64,000 bases of DNA from Octopus sinensis (Eukaryota). The notes beneath the pieces were generated by a model that saw only the letters and a program-made list of their open reading frames with translations, was not told where the DNA came from and did not search any database. Positions 11,591-24,680 of the stretch are shown piece after piece. Position numbers and translations under genes: made by a program. Numbering within the stretch: the first letter of the stretch is position 1; every line of letters begins with the position of its first letter. The stretch spans positions 98,766,001-98,830,000 of the forward strand of contig NC_043000.1 of the NCBI RefSeq assembly GCF_006345805.1, in the 5' to 3' direction.

Positions 11591-13964
11591 AGATGTGGTC
11601 ATTTTCAAGCACTGGGGGGGGGGGTTGTGTTCCCACCAGTTTTTTTCATGGGGCAAATCCAGGTTTTTGCAGATTACCCAGTGAATATATTGTGCAGCTC
11701 TGTCGTGTCTGTTGAGATACTCTGTAGGCGCTAGAAGACTGCACTTGGAGACCACATGGTCAATGGTTTCATTTTGTTGCTGGCATACACGACACGTTGG
11801 ACTGCTTCTGATCTTTAATATGTTGGCCTGGTAGTTTCTTGTTGGTAGGCACTGATCTTGAGCTGCTATGATAAACCTCTCTGTTTCAGATTTTAAGCCA
11901 GAGGCCATTAGCCATTGATGGGTCAGGGCTTTGTCAACATCTGCATTATTTGCTCTCTTTGGGTATTTGCCATAGAGAGGTTTTTCTTGCCATTTATCAT
12001 TCAGAATATCTAAGGCCGCAGATTTAGCACGGGTTTTCATGCGCTTAGCTTTTTCTGTGCCTGTTTCTTGTATGTCTATCTCTAATTCCGAAATTTGTTG
12101 TATTCGGAATTCACTTAGATATTCCTTTGCCTGTTTTGTTACTGAGTATGATGCTTTCTTGTTTTCATGTTTTGAGACAAGTTTTAACATCCAGTCCTCA
12201 GAGTTTTTCAGGTAGGTGTCTAGGCCAATTGTAGCAATCTTCATTGTTATTGCCAGTTGTAAAAGTCCACGGCCTCCCTCTTTTCTTGGCAGATAAAGTC
12301 GTTCTGTATCTGCCTTAGGGTGGTGCATTCTATGCATTGTCAACAGTTTTCGTATTTTTCTGTCAAGATTACATATTTCAGTAATTGACCAGTTAACGAT
12401 ATTGAAACTGTAAGTCACAACTGGTATGGCTAATGCATTGATCGCTTCGATCCTGTTTCTCGCATTCAGCTCTGTCTTGAGTATTGCTCTTACTCTGCGA
12501 TAACATTCTCTCCTGATACTTTCCTTCATCTCTGAATGCCTTATTCCTTCTCCTTCAATTACCCCTAGATACTTGTAGTTCTCTGCTGGGTCTAATTCTT
12601 TTATGACATTCTGCTGGTCAAGGTTAACGTTAGATGTTTCTGTCATTTTTCCTTTGATAAAGGTAGCTTTTGCACACTTATCGAGGCCAAATTGCATTCT
12701 GATGTCACCACTGAATTGTTTGACAATCGCTAGTAAGCCCTTGAGTTGTTGGTCATTTTTTGCAAAAAGCTTTAAATCATCCATGTAAATGAGATGATTT
12801 ATATTTTTATCAAACATTTTATACCCGTACTGCGCGTCATTGAGCAGTTTTGAGAGAGGTATTAAGGCTAAACAGAAGAGGAGTGGTGATAGTGAGTCAC
12901 CCTGGAAAATGCCACATGAAATTTTTACATCACCAGCATTTAGAGATTCATTGTCACTGTTCAAAGTTAGTGTGGTTCTCCATGATCTCATACTTACGGA
13001 CAAAAAGTTTTGCAGAGCAGGTGCTATCTTATACATTTCTAGGCATTTCTTAATCCAGCTATGTGGTAGGCTATCAAAAGCCTTTTTATAGTCTATCCAG
13101 GCTATTGATAAGTTTTTGTGTCGTTTGTGACAATCTTCTAAGATCATCTTATTGATGAGTAATTGATCTTTACAACCGTAGGATCCACGTTTACATCCTT
13201 TCTGTTCATTAGGGAATATGCTGCTGTCTGTCAAAAAAACTATAGGTATATTCCGTCAGGACAGATGTTAGTGTTTTATACATAGTTGTTAAGCAGGTTA
13301 TGGGTCTATAGCTTTTTGGTTCATTTGTTTCTTCACTTTTTGGAAGCAGGAATGTTAACCCATTAACTAGCCAAGGAGGCATCCTACTAGGGTGTTGCAA
13401 AACATCATTGTAAAGTTCTGTTAGCAGTTCATGGCTCTCTGGAAAGGCATTCAACCAAAAGTTAGGGACTTTATCCTTTCCTGGAGACTTCCATTTGCTT
13501 GACCTCCTGAGAGCAGATCTTATATCTTCTACCTTGACACCCTCCCACTTTTGCTCTTCTAAGGAGTCCAGTTCTTTAGATATTCTATCAATCCAGGGGG
13601 CCTTTTCGCTGTGTGTTTTTTCTTCTGTCCAAATTTTATTCCAAAATCCCTGCACTTCTTTTGATGGTACAGACTTTACAGTAACTGTTGTTTTTCCTAT
13701 CTTCCTGTAAAAATTTTTGGGGTTATTTTTGAACATGTTGTTGTCCTTGAAAAATCTAACACGCTTTTCATACCTCGCTATGCGGGCAGCTTTAGCAGAT
13801 ACCTTTTGCTTGATGGTTTCTATGGTGGCATCAATATCAAGTATAGTTTTCATATTATATTTTTTCATTAATTTTTGGGTTTTTGTAGGTTTGGTAGTCT
13901 TATGAACCTTAAGGTTTTTCAAATATTCAATGTCAGATCTAAATAGTTTAATTTGTTGTTGCAA
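11549..13964 (-). pseudogene. Reverse transcriptase and zinc-knuckle part of the R4/Dong ORF (frameshifted)
   Basis: Motifs KSPGKD, YRPITCL, WIDYKKAFDSLPH, GIFQGDSLSPLLF, HLIYMDDLKLFA, YKYLGV, CRVCQQQNETIDHVVSKC (CX2CX8HX4C) and RHD. Frameshifts occur at an A7 run (~13235) and a long G run (~11614-11624). Confidence 0.92.
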
Positions 13965-14022
13965 ACGCTCTTGCCAAGAAGGCTTTTTGTGGAAATGTTG
14001 CCGTTTTCTAATCTTTTCACCA

Positions 14023-14023
<1 letters not shown>

Positions 14024-14079
<56 letters not shown>

Positions 14080-14108
14080 CATCATTATTATCATTATTAT
14101 TATTATTA

Positions 14109-14176
<68 letters not shown>
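14024..14176. repeat. (TTA)n microsatellite
   Basis: Seen directly. Others at 8019-8154, 9712-9767, 10924-11002 and 14345-14388. Confidence 0.95.
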
Positions 14177-14179
<3 letters not shown>

Positions 14180-14344
14180 TAGTTTTATTTTTATAGCGTG
14201 CTTTCACTTCACTACCGAGCGCAGCTCTGTGTGCCTTGGGTATGTGCTGTGATTTGTTGTGATGCTCTGATGGTTATTGTATGGAAAGTGTTCTGCGTAG
14301 GATGTGTGCAGTGCCTAGTAGTGCAATTTTCTGTATGTTATATG
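14177..14344 (-). mobile_element. Short 3'-terminal R4/Dong-like stub between (TAA)n arrays
   Basis: The minus strand encodes YNIQKIALLGTAHILRRTLSIQ* followed by a ~100-bp UTR. (TTA)n lies on both sides. Confidence 0.85.
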
Positions 14345-14860
14345 TTATTATTATTATTATTATTATTATCATTATTATTATTATTATTCCAAATGCATAA
14401 CGAATGCTCTAAAATTGTTAGTGATAATCTTTGATGTTTTCTTTTACCCTGCTTGTAGGGTGTTTTAATGTGTTGCTTCGGGTTGATCCATGATCTAACG
14501 CTCTTGAAACCACGACAAACAACGTACAGGGGGATGTTGAACTGCTTTATTTAACGTTTTCTGTCCTTGTTTAAGACGGTTGATTCAATGTAAAAGAGGT
14601 TTGGCTGATGTTTTTAGTAGCTAGAGTAATCACGTGGAGGGTCCTTCATTTACTCGTGTATTTTATGTAGTTAAATGAGAAAATTGCTTAAATCTTGTGT
14701 CCTTTTTCTCGTTGCTTAGCCTCTGAAAAGCTCAAATGAATTATACATACGACATAAGGAGTTGAAGCCTAAACCTCAGGTTTTTCACTATATGAGGGGG
14801 CGTCTATATTACACCTGCTAGAAATAGTAGCTCAAACTCCCTCAGACCTCTCATGATAGA

Positions 14861-15074
14861 CGAGGGGGTGCTGAAAAATTCCTGGTTTTCAGGGTATCGT
14901 GAAAGGCTTGGGTGGAGGCCCAAACTTCCGAGTTCTTTTACGGGGCTTAGAAAACTGAAGGATCATTGCAATAAGTGTGTGAGCCTGAGAGTGGAATATG
15001 TTGCAAAAAAATCATAATTAACTGATTCCCCAGTATTTTCTTTTACCCAAAGCCAGGAACTTTTCAGCACCTTC
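14861..15074. mobile_element. mariner-type MITE
   Basis: Terminal inverted repeats gggtgctgaaaaattcctggtttt and aaagccaggaacttttcagcacc enclose a ~160-bp non-coding interior. Confidence 0.7.
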
Positions 15075-15240
15075 TAGATAGGCTGGCCTTGGGAGTAATT
15101 ACTTTGATCATATGTCTGCTTGATTAGCGAGCTGGGATGTGAATGACGTCATCTAGCGTTACGTTTCAAGGATTCAGTCCGATGACGTCATACATAGCTC
15201 AGCTCGATGCACTTTCACACACATTATGTATAAGAGAATT

Positions 15241-15450
15241 GAGGCGGCGAGTTGGCAGAATCGTTACGACGGCGAGCAAAATGCTTAGCGACTTTTCGTC
15301 CGTCCTTACATTCTGCGTTCAAATTCCGCTGAGTTCAACTTCCCTTTCATCTTTTGGGGTCGATAAAATAAGTACCAGTTGAATACTGGAGTCGATGTAA
15401 TCGACTTATCCCTCCCCCGAAGTTGCTGGCCTTGTGCCAAAATTTAAAAC
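15241..15450 (+). mobile_element. SINE family A with 19-bp target-site duplication
   Basis: TSD cattatgtataagagaatt (15222-15240) / cattatttataagagaatt (15451-15469). Confidence 0.88.
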
Positions 15451-16734
15451 CATTATTTATAAGAGAATTCCCCTTTCTAGACAGTTTCCACAGCGAGGAT
15501 CTTCCCGTATTTGATTGTACATAAACGTGTTAAATACAAATTAAATGAGTTGAATTTTAATCACCGCTTCTTTGTGTGCCTTTAATTAATTGTGACTCTA
15601 TTAATCTAGATTCGTTACTCATACTAAAATTTTACGATTTTACTTAACAGCATAATGTTGAATTAGAAACTGCGCAAAATAAAACGTTACTTGCAAAATC
15701 CCGATTTGATTTAATGGAGGTGGCTAGCATTCCTGTGTTTATAGTATATTATTAATAACTTGATTCGTTCAACCGAGAAATAAGAATGATGATGATGATG
15801 ATGATGATAATGATAATGATAACAGAAGAAGAAGAAGAAGAAGAAGAAGAAGAAGAAGAAGAAGAAGAAGAAGAAGAATTAAGCTCAATTATTATAGATT
15901 GAGTTTAATGCATTGAAAAAGAGAAACTGAATGTCATGTCTATTAATTAACATCCGACAGAAATGATGTAAATCTATCAATTTTCCATTGCCAGCCAGTT
16001 TGATAATTTTAATTTGTTTAATTTAAAGTATACTGGATTTCAGAAGCAGAGGCATTCCTCAACTTACCTCTTTTTCAATGATGTCTTTTCCAACTTTACG
16101 TAAGTTTTTTTTTAGGGAAATTAGTGGAAAAAACACAGAAACCTCAACTTCAGTTGGTTTATCTGACTTTATCCGATTTATCAGACTGAAGATATTTAAT
16201 AGCATTAAAATTATTTAAAAAGGCAAATAACATACATGCGAAAACATGTACAAATCATTTATTAAGACAGATATAGACTAATAATATTTCTGGAAAAATT
16301 ATCTTTTATGTGTTACGTCATTTTTCGAGTTAAGTCGCAGTCTTAGAACTAATTACTGCCGAATATTAGATCAACTATAAACACCCTGTTATTAAAAAGA
16401 AATTAAAAGCAATATAGTATATTACTTTATGAGAACGCATATTTTAGTGTTCAGCTTGTGATCATCAAATGGTTGGTTCAAATATTTGACTAGGGAGAAA
16501 ATTGCGCCCTTGAGCATGGTGCTTCATTTCACGTTGCTTCATTCTACTTTGTTACTAGCCGGGATCTGGTACCGACGTCACTTTATTCAGCTGTCGCATC
16601 GTGGATCCATGGTGAGGAAGCTGAGAGAGTGTTTGTGACTGCTCGTGCCTATATAGGCACCTGAAAAGACGAACGAAAACACGGTACATCATACTGTGTG
16701 ATTGAAGGGTTATACTTACTTTTAGCACTTTAAT

Positions 16735-17175
16735 AATTCTTTCTGCTATAGGCAGAAGGATTGGATAGTGTCTGCTGGTCGATTACATTGAACTCCCGCC
16801 CAGTGCTCATCTGGTACTTCTTTTATCGACTCGGAAAGGATAAAAGATAAAGTCGACCATGGCGAATTTTGAACTCAGAACGAAAACAACCAGAAGAGAT
16901 ATTGTTTAGTATTTCGTTCGACGCCAAACGGTTCTGCCTTGTCAGTACATCAATGATATGGCATTTAAAGGTGTCGAGCTGGCAGAATTTTTAGCACGCT
17001 GGGCGAAATACTTAGCGGCATTTCGTCCGTCTTCACGCTCTGAGTTCAAATTCTGCTGATGTCGACTTTGTCTTTCATCCCTTTCTGGTTGGATAAAATA
17101 GGTACTAGTTGAGTATTGGGGTCAATGTAATTGAGTTGACCCTCTCCTGAAATTGCTGGCCTTGTGCTAAAATTA
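16735..17175. mobile_element. Head-to-head pair of SINE family A copies
   Basis: A minus copy at ~16735-16940 and a plus copy at ~16969-17175. Confidence 0.75.
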
Positions 17176-17569
17176 ATGATAATGCATTTAGCACTGAGCA
17201 CCTGAAAATTCTTCGCCCGCAGCATGTTACACTCATTACTACCTACGTGCTTCGTCTGGCACTAGAAAAGCGAAAAATAAGGAGATTATAAAGAATGGAT
17301 TGAATTATTTAAGAATGAAATAACAAAAAGAGAGATGGGTTGTTGAAGAGGTAGGCTTTAGTGTTGTGGGAAGAAAGATGGAAGTTAAGAATTAGTGTAC
17401 GAAAGATAAATGAAGGAAATGGGAGAGATGCAATAATGAACGAATAAAGGTGAAATTATACTGTAAGAAAACTGCGATGGAAGTTACTACAGAAGATAGC
17501 AGAGTCTGGTGAATGTAGTACATATAACATGGTAAGAAAGAAGGAAATATCAGTATGTGCAATGACGCG

Positions 17570-17701
17570 TTATTTTATACGCACATTGGCAAGATGGCAG
17601 CGAAGTGCAGACAACTGGCAGGCTGGGTACTGAGGTTCTTCAAGAGAAGAGACAAAGAAACTATGTTGACTCTGTGGAGAACCTTTGTTCTTAGCCACCT
17701 T
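17570..17701 (+). mobile_element. CR1/L2-like LINE fragment (region after the RT)
   Basis: KMAAKCRQLAGWVLRFFKRRDKETMLTLWRTFVLSHL is typical of the post-RT segment of CR1-group ORF2. Confidence 0.6.
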
Positions 17702-17703
17702 TA

Positions 17704-17739
<36 letters not shown>

Positions 17740-18249
17740 CGCGCGCGTAATATATGTTGTTTGTTCCTTCTCGAACCATGTCTGGCTCACGAGGGCCGTT
17801 TTCCAGGTTTCATAGGCGTTTAGGTCCCCCCCTCCCCGGACAGGACGCCGGCCTGTCGCAGGTGAGCTGCTAGATAGAGGAGGAAGGAAGAGAGAAAGTT
17901 GTGGCGAAAGAGTTAGTAGAAGTTCGCCATTACCCTCTGCCGGAGCCGCATAGAGCTTAGGGACTTCGCTCATAAACACATCTATCCCCCGGTCTGAGTT
18001 TCGAATCCGCGATTCCCGTCCGCGAGCCCGCTGCCCTAACCACTAAGCCATGTGCCTCCACATACATATATGAATGTGTGTGTGTGTGTGTATGTGTGTG
18101 GTAAGAAGCCTGCTATCAACAACATGATTCCAGGTTTATTACTGCTGCGTGACTCCTTAGGCAAGTATCTTCTACTGTAGCCGCGTGCTGATCAAATCCC
18201 TCTGAGTGGATTTCATAGAAAGGAAACGGAAAGAAGCCTGTCGTATATA

Positions 18250-18605
18250 TCATCATCATCATCATCATTTTCCGTCCGCTTTCCGTGCTGGCATGGGTTT
18301 GACGGTTTGACTGAGGACTGGTGAGCCAGAGGCTGCACCAGGCTTAATCTGATCTAGCAAAGTTTCTACAGCTTGTTGCCCCTGCTAACACCAACCACTC
18401 CAAGAGTGTAGTGGGTGCTTATACGTGCCACCAGCACGAGGGCCAGTCAAGCGGTTCTGGGAACGACCACGCTCGAATGTTGTTTGTCACGTGCCACCAG
18501 GACATGTGCCGGTAAAGCGACGCTGTGAACGATCACGCTCGAATAGTGCTTTTAACGTTCCACTGGCACGAGTACCAATCAGGCGGTACTGTCATCAGCC
18601 ACCAG
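18250..18605 (-). mobile_element. SINE with RTE-type (GAT)n tail and internal ~65-bp tandem repeats
   Basis: The minus strand ends ccagcacggaaagcggacgg..(gat)n. Three diverged acgtgccacc..cacg..cacgctcgaat units lie at ~18414-18600. A tail stub also occurs at 40349-40390. Confidence 0.65.
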
Positions 18606-18682
18606 TCTACAGCCTTCTATTATTAAGGTCTAAATTAATCCTAGTTCTACAACTTTATTTTTAACTTGTTCACTAAGGAAAT

Positions 18683-18900
18683 GTTGGTTTCAAATTTTTG
18701 CACAAGGCCAGCAGTTTCCGGGAGTGGGGCGTTACGTCAATTACATCAACACCAGCATTCAACTGGTACTTATTTTATCGACCCTGAAACGATGAAAGCC
18801 AAAGTCAACCTCGATGGAATTTGAACTGAGAATGTGAAGACAGATGAAATGCTGCTGAGCTTTTTGCCTGGCACAGTAATGATTCCATCAGCTTTCTGCC
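18683..18900 (-). mobile_element. SINE family A
   Basis: ggtttcaaatttttgcacaaggccagcag ... reverse complement of the consensus. Confidence 0.8.
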
Positions 18901-18908
18901 ATATATAT

Positions 18909-19155
18909 CTCTTTTACTCATTTACTTGTTTCAGTCATTTGACTGCGGCCATGCTGGAGCATCGCATTTAGTCGAGCAAATCGATCCCAGAACTTATTCT
19001 TTGTAAGCCTAATACTTATTCTATCGGTTCTCTTTTGCCGAACCGCTAAGTTACGGGGATGCAAACAAACCACCATCGCTTGTCAAGCGATGTTGGGGGG
19101 GGGGACAAACACAAACACTTAAACATTTATACACACATACATACATACATACATA

Positions 19156-19202
<47 letters not shown>

Positions 19203-19382
19203 TACTCATATACGACGCGCTTCTTTCAGTTTCCGTCTGCCACATCCACTCACAAGGCTTTGGGTGGCCCGAGGCTATGGTAGAAAACACTTGCCCAAGG
19301 TGCCACGCAGTGGTAATGAACCCGGAACCATGTGGTTCCGGGCTCATGTTGTTGGTAAGCAAGCTACTTACTACACAGCCAC
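18909..19382 (-). mobile_element. SINE family B
   Basis: Near full-length reverse complement of 59269-59740. Confidence 0.85.
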
Positions 19383-19682
19383 TAATGCATGTATGTATGT
19401 ATGTATGTATGTATGTATGTATGTATGTATGTATGTATGTATGTATGTATGTATGTATGTATGTATGTATGTATGTATGTATGCATGTATGTATGTATGT
19501 ATTCTCTGGTCGATTTGTTCGAATAAAACCCATCAAGGCGGCGTCCCAGCATGGCCGCAGTCAAATGACTGAAACAAGTAAAAGAAAGACATATATGACG
19601 GAAAAAGAAACATATATCGTTGCTATTATGTTAAATTGTCGTATATCCAAATTTTTTTTCAATATTTATTTTTACATAAGAC

Positions 19683-20020
19683 AGCGAGCTGGCAGAATCG
19701 TTAGCACGCCGGGCGAAATGCGTAGCCGTATTTCGTCTGCCGTTACGTTCTGAGTTCAAATTCCGCCGAGGTCGACTTTGCCTTCCATCCTTTCGGGGTC
19801 GATTAAATAAGTACCAGTTACGCACTGGGGTCGATATAATCGACTTAATCCGTGTGTCTGTCCTTGTTTGTCTTCTCTGTTTTTAGTCCCCTTGTGGGTA
19901 GTAAAGAAATAGGTATTTCGTCCGTTTTTATGTTCTGAGTTCAAATCCCGCCGAGGTTGACTTTGCCTGTCATCCTTTCGGGGTCGATAATTAAGTACAA
20001 GTTGCGTAGTGGGGTCGATA
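19683..20020 (+). mobile_element. SINE family A (tRNA-like head; central gccttccatcctttcggggtcgat..aataagtaccag motif), young copy plus partial tandem second copy
   Basis: Head gcgagctggcagaatcgttagc (A-box-like) and gagttcaaattcc (B-box-like). The same sequence recurs more than 12 times in the window. The central motif resembles the conserved domain of MetaSINE-type SINEs (from memory). Confidence 0.85.
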
Positions 20021-21140
20021 AATATATATATATATATTATATAGAGAGAGAGAGGGATATATATATATATATATATATATTATATAGATAGATAGATAGA
20101 TGGATAGATAGATAGATAGATAGATAGAGATAGATAGATAGATAGATAGATAGATATATAGATAGATATATAGATACATACATACATACACACACACGAA
20201 AAGTTAGCTTGCTAACTATTTAGCTAGACAACCCGGTAGGCACACCGAAAAACAGAGAAAGTAGGAAAACATGAAGGAAGAAATGAATACGCTGGTAGAG
20301 AGAGAGAGAGAGAGAGAGAGGAAGAAAGGTGGAAATGCAGGGAGGGAGAGAGAGAGAAGGGGAGAGGTAGGGAGAGAGAGAGAGAGGAGAGAGAGAGAGA
20401 GTAGGGAGGCTGGACAGAAAAGTAAAATGAAAGACATACAGCACATAAATCAGATTGAATAACTGATGGGTATGATAGGAAAAATGTAGTTGAGAGGTAA
20501 AATACAAAGTGAGAATAGTCACGAAAAATAAAAAGAAAGCGAAAGAAAAGAAGCAGGAGGAAAACTAAGAAAGAAAGAATAGAATATGAAAGGGGAAAAA
20601 ATATCGCCCATGGGAAAGAAAAACATTAAAAAATTATAAAAGGAAGGAAAAAAAAAAAGAACATTTCAAAACTAAGATTGAATAAAAACATTTAGATAAA
20701 ACAAAGGAGTGAAAGAAGAATATAGAGAAAGCAGGATGGATTAAGGTAAAGAATGGAACGGAAGAAGACCATTGGTTGTTAGTAGCTTTTAGTATTCTGC
20801 CTCGTTGTTATTGTTTTTGTTTGCTACAAGCTCCCATAACCGGCTTTGGTCAACAGTTCACTTCGGTTAAGTGTGAAGAGCGGTAAATTACCAAATCAAA
20901 CTCTTCAGAAATTCTTCAAGTACCATTTAAAAAGAAAACAACAAAAAACCAAAAAAAAAAAAACCAAAAAGAACACAAAATGAAAAAAGAAAAGAAATTC
21001 ATATATTATTCTTATTTTTTGGCTTCTTTTTTTACGCTTTGGAAGTGAATGAACTTGTAACTACACACACACACACTCACACACACACGCACACCCACGC
21101 ACACCACACAACCATACACTCGCACACAGATAAACCCACG

Positions 21141-21237
<97 letters not shown>

Positions 21238-21258
21238 CATCCATCCATCTATCTATCC

Positions 21259-21328
<70 letters not shown>

Positions 21329-21896
21329 ACAATATATAGTGTTTAGGCATAGCGTTTACTACAACCACATCTCTCATAAATGGAGCAAATTACGCGCGCA
21401 CATACATTTTGGCGTACGCGGACGAGCAAAGTTATCGCAAGACACACCCCTTACGCAGAAAATAAACAAACAAGAACACTCACGCACTAGTGTAAATTTG
21501 ACATCATCGTAAGAAGCCTACACGCAATATCTTATACATCAACACGAGCTCATATACAGCAAAGAACTTTGAAATCTACATGTGCACATACTTGTAAGTA
21601 AACATACATACATACATACACATACATATATATATATACACATATACATATATGCATGCATACATACATACACGCATACAGAACCATATAATATAATATA
21701 CAGATTTATATATTCCTACACAACGAGCAAATACACAACGAGCAAATATCAGACGATATAAAGTATATAAAAGTACATGCAAGTATACGTAAAGTTTTAT
21801 ACACCTCTGCTTAAATGTCAGGTGTTTCAACTGGAGATCCATTGATATATCCGAAGACATAATCTACATACACACACACAAACACACACACACACA

Positions 21897-21933
<37 letters not shown>

Positions 21934-21968
21934 ACACACACCCACACCCACACCCACACCCACACACA

Positions 21969-22069
21969 CCCCACAAACACATCCCTATATTATTTTCACA
22001 AATACGCTTGAAACTATTTTTCGCATACATAAACACGCTAAAATTTATAAATATATACGTACGCGCACC

Positions 22070-22158
<89 letters not shown>

Positions 22159-22216
22159 TAATCTATCTATCGATCTATCTATCTATCTATCTATCTGTCT
22201 GTCTGTCTATCCATCC

Positions 22217-22289
<73 letters not shown>

Positions 22290-22541
22290 CCTACCTACCT
22301 ACCTACCTCTCTGTCTATTTGTCTGTCTGTCTACAACACGCACACACACACATACACTCACACACACACACCACACACACCCACACACACCCACACCCAC
22401 ACACACCCACACACACCCCACAAACACATCCCTATATTATTTTCACAAATACGCTTGAAACTATTTTTCGCATACATAAACACGCTAAAATTTATAAATA
22501 TATACGTACGCGCACCTCTATCTATCTATCTATCTATCTAT

Positions 22542-22603
<62 letters not shown>

Positions 22604-22659
22604 TATCTATCTATCGATCTATCTATCTATCTATCTTCTATCTATCTATCTATCCATCC

Positions 22660-22728
<69 letters not shown>

Positions 22729-22775
22729 CCTACCTACCTACCTACCTCTCTGTCTATTTGTCTGTCTGTCTACAA
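21969..22775. repeat. Tandem duplication, period ~447 bp, containing (CA)n and (TATC)n
   Basis: The ~100-bp unique core cccacaaacacatccctatattatt...gtacgcgcacctc is identical at 21969 and 22416. Confidence 0.9.
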
Positions 22776-23350
22776 ACACGCACACACACACACAACACAC
22801 ACACACACACACACACACATACACACACACACACGCACGCACGCACACACACGCATACACACACCTGAGCCATTTATAACTCTGATATAAGCGAAGTGCA
22901 AAGTTCTACGAACACTTATTTAACAAACGCAACCGGCGTTCGTATAGACGTGAACACGCCGTGACATGAGTAACACTGCACTTTGCAATGTATAATATTC
23001 GAAGTCGTGCAGCCATACAGAACACATGGCATGCATGTATATTAACAAATATACGTATGGACATACGTTATAAACTAGGAGTATACATACCATATACTCA
23101 TAGAAATATTCACTAAATAAATACATACAAATTCACCGTTATTTAGTACATACATACAAACAAACGAAAACTGTTTATAAATGTATGTGTGTATATATAA
23201 CTATATATATATGTGTACATGTTTAAATTACATATATAACACATACGTACTATGTACTACGTAAGTGGATGCATACATGCATGTATACAAATATATATGT
23301 TCGTTAGTTTATTTACATAAACCATAAATATAGTTTAATTTATAAATACT

Positions 23351-23399
<49 letters not shown>

Positions 23400-24369
23400 A
23401 TATATATATATGCGTATCGACTTGCATAAAAGCATAAATATATACTGATTTCAGGTAGTATGACTAAAATATACATACATACTTAAGTATATACACGCAC
23501 GCACATACACACATACACACACAAACACACACACACTGACACGCAGCTCTCTAAATATTTCATTACTAATAGAATTACTACAATTATATACATATATAAT
23601 AAGGCGGTGCTCCAACATGGCCACAGTCAAATGACTGAAACAAGTAAAAGAGTAAAAGAGTATATATATATATACACGTGCGCCCTTACACACTCACACA
23701 TATATATTCATACACACACACACACTTATATATATACACAGATATACACACGTATTCATATATATACACATGTATTTTGATATACATTATACACTCAGAC
23801 AATCATACATACGCATGTACAATTGCATAATATTGACACAGATGTGTATTGACATTTAAAACAAACTGCATACGCGCATACACGAATAGAAATACAAATG
23901 CACACACGCTGGCTGTCACACCTCATATACGCATTATATAAACATACACATATACACACTCACATATATTCATATATCATAACATATATTAATATATCAT
24001 AACGTATATTCATACAGTCTGGCGAATACCTGATACGGCTACACTCAAAGACAACAACATGGTAAGTACCCACGTTGTATTACCCAACTTTTTTTTTGTT
24101 ATGTTCGTCTAGCTGCTGTCTTTAGTTTTTTTTTATTATTGCTGTATATCTATATATCGTTTTTCCCTGCTCCTGGTGTACTTTTCGTTTCATCCGGTTC
24201 TTGTGTGAATCCTGTCCTGACATATTTTGTGACTCGTGACGGTAATCTTCAATCATGCGCCAAGTTGTAATAGTTGTTGTTACTATTATTATATGTGTGC
24301 GTGTGTATGTGTGAGAGTGTGCGAGCGTGTATGTATATATGTACTTATATATACTTACATAATTACATG

Positions 24370-24435
<66 letters not shown>

Positions 24436-24438
24436 ATA

Positions 24439-24606
24439 CAGGGGACTACCGTAAGGTATGTGCACTTTGGGAGTTGCCCAGAGGCGTCGTGGGTCGAGGA
24501 TCCCAGTTCTGATCCGTGTATGTTGTCGCTTGCTCTCAATAAATAAATGTTTCGGGGGCAGTGTTCTGATTTGACCAGGCACTTTAAAAGTACCAAGACG
24601 GCCCTG
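24439..24606. mobile_element. Possible hAT-type MITE
   Basis: Starts caggg and ends aagacggccctg. GC-richer island between (TA)n and (CA)n. The TIR match is short. Confidence 0.35.
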
Positions 24607-24617
24607 GACACAAACGC

Positions 24618-24680
<63 letters not shown>

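Larger units (their letters stand above)
11003..14023 (-). mobile_element. 5'-truncated R4/Dong-clade non-LTR retrotransposon (RT + CCHC + RLE endonuclease), young copy inserted in a (TAA)n array
   Basis: Three consecutive minus-strand ORF pieces (13209-13964, 11549-13234, 11227-11526) are followed by a ~220-bp 3' UTR. The element is bounded exactly by (TTA)n at 10924-11002 and 14024-14176. Confidence 0.93.

Noticed and set aside
18414-18600. Regularly spaced ~65-bp repeats (CRISPR-like at first glance)
   Set aside because: Whole units are diverged tandem copies inside a SINE; eukaryotic context with no unique spacers or cas genes.
19683-19770. tRNA-like sequences at SINE heads
   Set aside because: They have A/B-box-like motifs but no complete cloverleaf, and they continue into SINE bodies; not tRNA genes.
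20776-20842. Weak hairpin ggttgttagtagctttt...aagctcccataacc as a possible pre-miRNA
   Set aside because: The pairing is short and interrupted, the loop is large, and no known mature miRNA was recognised.
22008-22879. 286-aa and 186-aa ORFs
   Set aside because: Translations of (TATC)n/(CA)n microsatellites (IYLS/HT repeats) in a duplicated unit; not genes. The same applies to the many YI-, CV-, HT-, poly-I/N/Y/L ORFs in the track.
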